From Eledone cirrhosa (lineage: Eukaryota), in NCBI GenBank assembly GCA_964016885.1, contig OZ024742.1:36828001-36892000 (forward strand): DNA of 64,000 nt, read 5' to 3'. The notes beneath the pieces were generated by a model. The model searched no databases and was not told the DNA's origin. It saw nothing but the letters and a program-made list of their open reading frames with translations. The translations under genes were made by a program, and so were the position numbers. Below, one piece after another: positions 54,109 to 64,000 of this stretch (position 1 is the stretch's first letter; each line of letters begins with the position of its first letter).

Positions 54109-54943
54109 TGTAACAATGAATCTCCCTGAGAATTACGTTTAGAGTAAACGTGGCTGCGGATTATCCAGCCATTGATCGAATAACTGGAACTCATCGTCGA
54201 AACCGACGTAGGTCCATCTATGACTGTGTATCTGTGTGTAATTATATATCCATGTATATACATATACGATATATGTATAAGTGTTTATATATATATGCAT
54301 GAGTGTGAGTGTGTGTTGTGTGTTGCGTGTAAGTAAGTGTGTGTGTGTGTGTTTGTGTGTGAGAGAGAGAGCGTGTGTTGTGTGTGAGTGAGTGTGTGTT
54401 TGTGTTTGTGTGTGTTGTGTGTCAGAGAGAGAGCGTGTGTGTGTGTGTGTATGTGTGTGTGTAGGTATGTGTTTGTGATGTGTGTGTGTGTGTAGGTATG
54501 TGTTTGTGATGTGTGTGTGTGTGTGTTTATAAAAACACTGTTATGGAGCTTTTCAATAGTTAAAATAAAAAGACTACATAAAACCTGTTGGCTATTGACC
54601 TGTCTATTGTTTGTAATAAAAGAAGTTGTTTTGTTTCCTTAAAATTTGTACAAACGGTCTCTTTCTCGTCTTTCATAACTTTATTTCTTTAAACAATCTT
54701 TTTTTCTTAAGTTTTTCCGTTCTTTGTACTAAAGGAAGAATAGCAACTGTAAACATGTTTCATATGTTTTTGTCTCTTTGTTATTTTTATTATATTTCTG
54801 TTTGTTTTTGTTGGGTGTTTTTTTTTTTGCCTTTTATTTGCTTTGAAGTGTGTGTGCGTGTGTATATATGTGTGTGTGTTAGTGCGTGTACGCAATATGT
54901 ATGTATTCATACACACACAGACATATATATATATATGTATATA

Positions 54944-55000
<57 letters not shown>

Positions 55001-55007
55001 TGTATGG

Positions 55008-55071
<64 letters not shown>

Positions 55072-55080
55072 AAAAGTATG

Positions 55081-55176
55081 ACCCCGACGGCAGAGCTCCA
55101 GCTGTTTCGACGGGTACTTCTGGACTAAATTAGAATTTTTAGCCTGGTGAATAAATAGCCGAACTTGTCAAGGAGT
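55081..55176 (-). ncRNA. Hammerhead ribozyme, U3-A8 variant (homologue of 6857-6955)
   Basis: actcc TTGACAA gttcggctattt...gtc GAAAC agc-tggagctct-gcc GTC ggggt. Confidence 0.65.
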
Positions 55177-55469
55177 AAAGATTGTAGTTGTCAAGAGGAT
55201 TGGTTAAAATTTGTTGTAAACACAAATAAGTCTATCATGGCATTTGGTGGGTGTAGGGGTGGCTGAACTTGCCTGTAGAACAATAGGGGTGTGAGTGGAG
55301 CAGTCAAGCTTGACCGCTCCACTCACACCCCTACAGTCCAGAAATAGCCGTCGAAACGGCTTGAGCTCTGCCGTCGGGGTCATACTTTTTCATATTTCCC
55401 ACTCTACTACCCTAAGTATTGAGTACTCTGGTGCGTTATGGTCCATCTGTTTCCTTACCACAATTCCTT

Positions 55470-55524
<55 letters not shown>

Positions 55525-55529
<5 letters not shown>

Positions 55530-56419
55530 TGAGAATAAACGTGCTGCGGAGTTGCAAATGGGTTACATATGAATAAAGTGGTCCTTCATCAGTGATCAAC
55601 CATCATCGGTATTTCTTCGCTTTAAAGACCATATACCTCCGGTTGGTGCGAGCAACGGCTAAAGAAAGTCGTTGGGACACGTAAATAAAGGGAACAGCGA
55701 GAGTGTAAACAAACAAAGATGGTGAAGCAACGAAAAATGAGGAAGAACGAGTCAAGTCCCAAATTTCCATGAATATAAGTTCGGTGAAATCGTGAACGAG
55801 AGAGAATAAAGACCATCAAACCTGGTTGAAATGTGAGCAAGGAAGGAATTTCGCACAGGTCTAACGGGAGGAAGAAGGGGTCTAGTCCGTGAATTCGGTG
55901 AACATAAGTTCTGTGAAATCGTAAACGAGAGAGAGAAAAAAGGCGAACCGGCCTGGCCAAGCGTGCGAAAGAAAAGAATTACACACAGGTCAAACGGGAA
56001 GAAGGAGGAGGAGGAGAGGTAGTAACAGAGAGTGAGTGAGTGAAGGGTGAGGAAGAGGCTAACAGAGAGAGTGACTGTTAGAGAGGGTAAAGATACAGAG
56101 AAAGAGGAAGCAGTAAGAACGAAATAGATGGGTCACAGCGGGGAAAAAAATATGTGTAAATATGAGAATAAACGTGCTGCGGAGTTGCAAATGGGTTACA
56201 TATGAATAAAGTGGTCCTTCATCAGTGATCTTCCAACCATCATCGGTATTTCTTCGCTTTCAAGACCATATACCTCCAGTTAGTGCGAGCAACGGCTAAA
56301 GAAAGTCGTTGGGACACGTAAATAAAGGGAACAGCGAGAGTGTAAACAAACAAAGATGGTGAAGCAACGAAAAGTGAGGAAGAACGAGTCAAGTCCCAAA
56401 TTTCCATAAATATAAGTTC

Positions 56420-56422
<3 letters not shown>
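55525..56422. mobile_element. (TA)n-flanked partial tandem (period ~632 bp); relative at 63130-63480
   Basis: 55525-55784 repeats at 56157-56422. Confidence 0.75.
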
Positions 56423-56462
<40 letters not shown>

Positions 56463-56693
56463 AAAAGATTCAGGACCCCCGATAGTTTTCTGCTAGCATG
56501 TGTAGTGTGTATATTGATACGCAGGTATTTATACATGTAGATATGATCAAATATACATGATAATATATATGATCATATATACATGTAGATATGATCAAAT
56601 AAAATCGTAATTGACAATATATAATACATAGAAATTGAACGAAGACTTATGTAATCAGTAACGTAATCCATGATACATTAAAAAAAGACGATA

Positions 56694-57161
56694 TCTAGTA
56701 TATATTTGTGAAATGGGTGGTGGTTGAAATTCAGATGTGCATGATTAAATGGTAGTAGACGTGGTCGGACTGACATGAAAATGTACATGTAAAAAGTGCC
56801 AAGGAAGCAAATAGACGAGGTTTCAAATCTCTAACTTGAAAAATGTGGTCTCTGGGGCCCCAAAACTATCGCGTTCGGTGAGTTATTTCCCTCCATTCTA
56901 ATACTTTTGTTTTATTTACAATTTCATACTAATAAAGCAGTAAAATCCCGTAGTAAGACCTAAAAAAATGGTTAGATACACCATGACGCACCGTGCATCA
57001 CGGTGGAGTTGAAAAGCAGACTCAGAACATGGCGTTGTGTGGGGGTGGCTCGCAGCCCAATGTTCCAGGAGGAGCAAAAGAAGAAGAAGAAGAAGAAGAA
57101 GAAGAAGAAGAAGAAGAAGAAGAAGAAGAAGAAGAAGAAGAAGAAGAAGAAGAAGAAGAAG

Positions 57162-57192
<31 letters not shown>

Positions 57193-57901
57193 GAGCTGGA
57201 GTCCTATCAAATATGTAGGTTGTGTCTTAAATTGAAGGTTTAGTAGAAATAATTCATGTATAGTTTTGTACTTTTCTTTTTGTCATTCATATATAAACAA
57301 ATCTACTATATAAATTGGAAGTGGTCGGACGTTGTATATGTAGGTGTAGTCGGATAAACGTCGAAACGGCTTGGTGGAAGCAGCGAAAATTTGCACAGTT
57401 ATGCAGAATGACCCGAGGAGGCATTGGGTCTACTTTCAAGCTACAAGCTTTCATGGTTACGGAGAAAATCGATGAAACGGGAATTTCCCATTCAAATTGA
57501 ACTGAGAGTAATCTGTAAACGCAGAAGTAAATATTTCGAGAAACGTTGCAACCGAACGAAAACAGGAAGACGATATTTTGGTTCGTAAAGACGTTCCCTG
57601 GCAATGAACGGGAAAAAAGCGAGGATAATACGCCGTTATGTGGAGCGTGAAGAACAATTTCATGCAAAGACAAGACCAAGTTTATGGTATAAATGGAATT
57701 GTTATACTAATATTCTATTTAAAATAACAGAATGATTTCCAGCCCCGGTGTTTAAGAATGATGTAAATAAAATTGAAAACGAAAATGACAGAGGTTATTA
57801 AAATAGTAAAAGTAAATAGGGAAGATTTAGGCCAGTACATACGTATGCCCCGACGGACATACACATACATACGCACACACAAATACACACACACACCCAC
57901 A

Positions 57902-57993
<92 letters not shown>

Positions 57994-58432
57994 CGCATGT
58001 ATAAACCTTATGCATTTCTACAGTATTTTCACCAAACTTAAGACATAGGTTACTTATGTACTCCGGATGGTCATGGGCACTGTTATTTTCCAGATATTGA
58101 CTATAGGGCCCCCCGGCAGATAACCCCTTTAACCACTTTAACCACTTCCTTGGAGTCGACTGAAGCACTGCAGTGCAATGCAACAAAACGTCATAACTTC
58201 TGGAGTTCGCAACCGATTTTTACAAAACTTGACACATGGGCTACGTTTGTCCTACAGATATGAATGTGCACTCTCAGAATTGTTACATATTGGGTAGGGG
58301 ACCCCTGGGGGCAGGAATCCCCCTTTTGAAAAAAGCCGATGATTTTGTTTTCGAAGCAGCACTGAAGTATTGACATAAATGGTATACACAACTGCTGTTT
58401 AATATCCGAGCAACGCCGGGTACCTCTGCTAG
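56694..58432 (+). mobile_element. Composite non-autonomous Helitron (5' TC ends at 56694 and 57302)
   Basis: A|TCTAGTATAT... and A|TCTACTATATAAA...; 3' CCGAGCAACGCCGGG..CTAG|T; paralogous empty site GACGATA|TTATATATAAA at 50433/50434. Confidence 0.85.
57077..57190 (+). repeat. (GAA)n tract, possibly the tail of a short truncated LINE
   Basis: About 37 GAA units. Confidence 0.9.
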
Positions 58433-58775
58433 TTATATATAAATTGCATTAGGAGAAAATTATTGACGGAAAATTAGTATGTTTATTTGAGCGATCGCCA
58501 CCGGAAGTGTTGACATTTCAGAAATTTTAAAGAAGTGAATCTTTAAATAAACAAAATATATTTAATGAACAGCCACAAAATTTAGTAGATAAATTATGTA
58601 ATATTCATTCATTATTTATTCAAAAGTAATCCAACTTATTTTACTAATGGGATAAAAATTTATAAACCGTACGCAATCCCGCAGACCTTCCTTTATTATA
58701 GTTTAGATTATATATATATACTCCACCACACTAGTTAAGCGAATGAGGTCTGGGATCTTGTCGATCGACTGTCGA

Positions 58776-58820
<45 letters not shown>

Positions 58821-58881
58821 TAGGTGATCGGTGAATTACTGGTGGTGGTACCAAAACAAGTACGCTAATCACAGGCAAAGT

Positions 58882-59075
58882 ATATATATTAGAAAAAACG
58901 AGGAAGTTTCGTTTACTTGTATAAGATATTTATTGTGTTTCTATAACGGAGTCGGGTCCATAACTCCTATGGGTGACATTGAGCCAAACCTCTGCGAAAC
59001 GCGCGTAATAGGTCGATACACAATAAATATCTTATACATGTAAACGAAAATTCCTCGTTTTTTTTTCTTATATAT
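58882..59075. mobile_element. (TA)n-flanked fold-back with HHR 3' half only
   Basis: Arms 58882-58938 and 59018-59075; GAA ACGCGCGT A atagg at ~58996-59012. Confidence 0.6.
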
Positions 59076-59127
59076 ATATATGTCAAGTAAAGCAACGGAG
59101 TAAAGGACTCGCGTTTATCCTATAAAT

Positions 59128-59242
<115 letters not shown>

Positions 59243-59823
59243 ATAAGTAAGTCAAACATGTTAAATTTGGCTTCGTTTATTATAAATTCTCTGTTATATA
59301 TTTTTCAGTGACAGCTATTATTGGCTGTGACCTCATCAGGCAGTACGAATTAATGTAGAAAAAACAGGTAAACATGGTGTTGAAATGTGTTCCACTCCGT
59401 CAATACATCGTTATGTCCAGCTCCTGGGTGTGTTGTTAGTCCTCTGAGGAACTGGAAACATATGGTTCCAGTTCCTCGGAGGACTAACAACACACCCATT
59501 TTTGTATTTCTTTTGCAAGATGTTTTATGTGTAAGCGTATGTTGAAACAGATATTGTTATAATTTGGGAGGGCCATGCTGCCAACAAAAACACACGCAGT
59601 CCAGGTGCACGGCTATTAAAGACAAGATGGTGTAAAACTGAACAAAGAGGAGACACAAAGTAACAAAAGTAGCCACAGAGTGTGTGACGAAAGAGAATTG
59701 ACAATTAACAACTAAACAACCATCCGGTTATTAAATTAAGTATGTATGTGTGTATCCAATTTAGAATAGGTACATATAAGTAGCAACTAAAAGGGCTGTA
59801 AAACCTCAAAAGTTGATGTAAAA

Positions 59824-59856
<33 letters not shown>

Positions 59857-60229
59857 GGGGGGCGCACGCCTGCGTGTCTGTGCGTGTGATGGGTGAGGAA
59901 AAAAAGAAAGCACGCTCTATGTTATCAACAGCGCTGAAATATTATTAATGTCTGCTCGACACAGTTGATCGCTACCTCAGGTTTCGAAGCGTGCCTCTTT
60001 ATTGGCCATTAAGTTTTATTATGGTAAAGTTGGGACAGCTTTCCATCAGGTGAGTATGAATAAACCTAGCTTTTCTACCCGCTTTTATCTCACAAGATCT
60101 CATGCGAAGTAATGTCAGCCATCGTATCTATTCTCCTGAAAAAAAAGCTGTCCCAAATTTACCATAATAAAACTTAATGGTCAATAAAGGGGCTTGCAGT
60201 CAACTGTGTCAAGCAGATATTCATATATA

Positions 60230-61407
60230 TTTGGTTGGATAGAAAGTTACCGCTGTTTTTCAAAGGAGGTATTTTGGTAGAGATCATTGAAGGTTGCGCA
60301 TGCGCACATATATAATATGAGACGTTAGTATACACTATGTCTGTTTACCATTTTCCGTTACGCTGTCAGAGGGGAAGAAACATTCAAATCTGGCCTAAGC
60401 GCAGCAGCATCGAGTCGTCGGATTAACAATGTATTTGGATTACTCAACATGTCTGAACGCAATGCCAGGGATTACAGCCGGTGATTACAGCCGTGAGATT
60501 GACCTCGCGGAAGACATCCATCTTACTTCAATGACGAGCCACTGCATGAGCTTGTGGAAAGCGACCTTTGCCAGACATCTCGTCAACTCTCCGAAGTGCT
60601 TGGGACATCGAAAACAAGCCTCGTCAATCACTGGCATGTCATAAGGAAGGTGTCCAAGCTGGACCAACGGGTGCCCCACAATCTGACTGACCGTAATCGT
60701 GAATGTCGGGCGGCAGCTGTGACTTCTCTGCTCTCCTAACCTCGCACAACCAACTGGTTATGTCCCATTGTCCAGTGGTGATGAAAAATGGTGTCTCTGA
60801 TTTGTGTCTCTGCATTTGTGTCAAGCACAAACGATTATGGGTTGATAAGGAGAATGCACTACAACGGAAAGCAAAGCTGGACTCCACCCACGCAAAGCCC
60901 TACTGAGTGTCTGGTGGTACCACTAGCTTCTCCCACCAAACATCACCATAACCTCTGTCTATTTTCAATAAATTGACAGATTAGCGGTGACAGTCGAACA
61001 GATGTGTCCATACCATGGTCCTGTTAGATGCCTTCTTGATAATGCTCGGCTACATACATCAAGGATGAACCTTGAGAAGCTGCTGGAGCTAAATTGGGAA
61101 GTTCTGCCCCACCTGTCATATTCATCTGACCTCGCGCCTACGGGCTATCACCTTTTCCTCTCAATGAGCAATGCAATGCAGTCAAAGACCTCGCCAGTGG
61201 AAACCAGTTAAATCAGTGGCTGGCGGAATTTTCTACATCGAAGCCAGAAGAATTCTACAACGATGGAATCATGTACCTTCCTAGACGATGACAGACGGCA
61301 ATCGCAAATGATGGCGATTATTTTGACTTGTAAAATCTTCCTAATGTTAAAAAAACACCAAAGTCAATAAACATTTGAAAAATGGCGAGAACTTTCTATC
61401 CAAACTA

Positions 61408-61408
<1 letters not shown>
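60230..61408 (+). mobile_element. Decayed full-length mariner transposon
   Basis: TIRs TTTGGTTGGATAGAAAGTT..TTTTTCAAA and TTTGAAAAA..AACTTTCTATCCAAACTAA; remnants RVPHNLT, GDEKW, LDNARLH, YSSDLAPTGYHLF. Confidence 0.9.
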
Positions 61409-61443
<35 letters not shown>

Positions 61444-61474
61444 GTGTGTGTGCGTGTGTGTGTGTGCGTGTGTG

Positions 61475-61540
<66 letters not shown>

Positions 61541-61881
61541 TGTGTGTGTGTGTGTGCGTGCGTGTGTGTGTGTGTGTGTGTATGTAAAAGGTAAACAGAA
61601 ATAACAAGACAATCGCTTGATCAATGTATGTTTGTGTGTATGAATATGAATGTGCGTGTGTGTGTGGTTGTGTGGTTGTGTATGTATATATTTCACAAAC
61701 AGACGACACTTAACTATAGGGTTGGTTGGCTGGCCATTTGGTCGTTTGGTCGATTGTCTGACAGTGATGACTGATTGAATGGCTGAGAAGAAATAGTTAA
61801 GTCGGTAATTAGAGTAAACTTTCTCTTTCAGAATCACAAGTAGACTGAGAGCATTGTTCCCTTCACATGCTGGAAAATGTG

Positions 61882-61930
<49 letters not shown>

Positions 61931-62045
61931 ACCTATATATCTATCTATCTCTCTCTCATTCTCTTTCTCTTATTCTAACACATATATATATATGTGTATA
62001 TATATGTGTGTGTGTGTATGTATATATATATATATATATATACAT

Positions 62046-62088
<43 letters not shown>

Positions 62089-62756
62089 TATATATATATA
62101 TACACATATATAAATATATGTATATATATACATATGTATGTATATATATATGTGTGTGTGTGTGTGTGAGTATACATACACACATATATAAACATATATA
62201 CATATGTATATGTGTGGGTGGGTGTGTGTGTGTGTATACATACATACATACATACTTACCACCAACCCTCTCCCTCTCACTCCACTCCTGACCAGATTAT
62301 TAATAACAAGTCAATGTATTTTATGTTTGGGATTTTGCTCATGTTTTGGCTGAGAGGAGTTGTTGTTGTTTTGTTGTTGTTTTGCTGTTGTTTTGTTTGT
62401 TTGTTTGTTTTGTATTTGGCTGTCGCTCTAAAGTGTTCAAGTACAGGTTTTACTTGATGACATATACATGTACGTTTTGTATATTTACACGTATATATAT
62501 GAATATATATATTTATATATATATATACATACATCGCCTGATCAAACCCGAGCTGATCGATTCGAAATAATTGTAATATGCAATAAAGCTTCATAGCAGG
62601 CTGACAGTCTGACCTCTTATTGTCACTATATAAACACTCTGCAAACTACAGCTGCACTTAAACCTCGACCACAACCTAACGAGAGACAGACCCCGTAACA
62701 GCATCGAGTGTTTCAACCAGCGTCGCTGCTAGAAAACACTGGTTACTACATAGTAA

Positions 62757-62793
<37 letters not shown>

Positions 62794-63021
62794 AGAAACG
62801 ATTCAGGACCCCGACGGCTGAGCTCCGGCCGTTTCGACAGCTAGATCCGAACTAGCTGTCGAAACGGCCGGAGCTCAGCCGTCGGGGTCCTGAATCGTTT
62901 CATATTACACACTCTACTACCCCAAGTATCAAGTACTCTGGTGGGTTATGGTCCACTTGGTATTTTACCACACCCTGTCTTTTCTGATATATATATATAT
63001 TATATATAATATATATATATT

Positions 63022-63134
<113 letters not shown>

Positions 63135-63659
63135 ATGGGTGAGAAGAATACTGCTGGTTGCACATGGATAACATGTTATAAAATGAGTCCCTCATCAGTG
63201 ATTTACCAAACGATCATGGGTATTTAATCGCATTAAAAATCATATACCTCACGTTGGAGCGATAATAACTAAAATAGGTTATTAGGACAATAGAAACGCG
63301 TAAAGCGAGTGAGACAAGTAAACAACACAGGGGGAAGCTAACCGAAGATGGAAATAAACACAAGCAACATAGTTATTCTTTCAGCTTAAGCTGTGTGAAT
63401 ATATGAGCGAGTCAGAAACAGACCTTTCCCTAGTGAATCCGGTGTTAGAAAAAATGAAAACCGTTTTCATATAACTGAGTATATATATATATATATATAC
63501 ATAGTAATAACAATAAATGTGAAGACTAAAATCCGGAGAGCTCGTTAAGGGTGAGAGCAGCGATTCTATGCTTAAACTTTAATCTGTTATTTTAATAACT
63601 ATATATATATATGTTCTTCTTTACTTGTTCGAGCCTTGCTGGGCACTGGCATTGTTACT

Positions 63660-64000
63660 ATGTTTTCTATAGCTGCCATTCCTTGGTTGTCCATTAATAC
63701 TTGAAGCTGTTTGACACTGCTGCCCGCATTTGTGTTTTTTGCCGCGTTGTAGGCTCATCCGGGATCTTTGATAATAGAATGACGTTATACTTCTTGAAAA
63801 CGTCTACATCCATATCATGTAGATCTCCCGGGCATTTTACAACATATTAAAGAGTTGAGAATACTTGAACCCCAAGATATTGCAGTATTTGGTCCCTACT
63901 TTAAATGTAGAGGATAGGAATTTTAACTCTTTTTATTAACTGTGTGTGAGGATTGGTCCATCTCTCAATGGCGAAATCTCGTGTTAGCCTTTCCAAGATC
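63660..64000 (-). mobile_element. Decayed LINE (CR1-group) ORF2 3' end
   Basis: Minus-strand remnants ILE, QLFNML, VDVFKK, LSKIPDEPT, RAAVSNS. Confidence 0.5.

Noticed and set aside
59935-60225. Fold-back with GAAACC-TGA-GGTA on the minus strand (similar half-motif at ~25735-25750)
   Set aside because: The inverted repeat is real but no matching CUGANGA half was found, so no ribozyme was called.

Overview
Eukaryotic, repeat-saturated, AT-rich animal DNA. The mix of (TA)n/(CATA)n/(CA)n microsatellites, tRNA-SINEs, R4/Dong, RTE, Penelope, Helitron, hAT and mariner elements resembles octopus/cephalopod genomes; this is inferred, not proven. No intact host gene is visible, and most ORF-track entries are translated microsatellites. 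The only intact long ORF is a Penelope-like element (PLE; RT plus C-terminal GIY-YIG, 21827-24286) with a direct pseudo-LTR, a 1134-bp inverted copy and a hammerhead ribozyme (HHR). The most striking signal is about 20 short, mostly fold-back cassettes sitting in (TA)n tracts. At least 12 different type I HHR sequences can be folded from them by eye, including U3-A8, U4A and U4C core variants and a 323-bp retrozyme-like partial tandem. Separately, a (CATA)n tract at 9.9-17.3 kb acts as a landing pad for R4/Dong LINEs, an RTE with three C-terminal C2H2 fingers and bipartite non-autonomous RTE derivatives. Also present: a Buster-type hAT carrying a BACK-domain-like exon and splitting a SINE-derived 23-bp minisatellite, a composite Helitron with an in-window empty site, MITEs and a decayed mariner. 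All structures were read manually; none was computed or searched.
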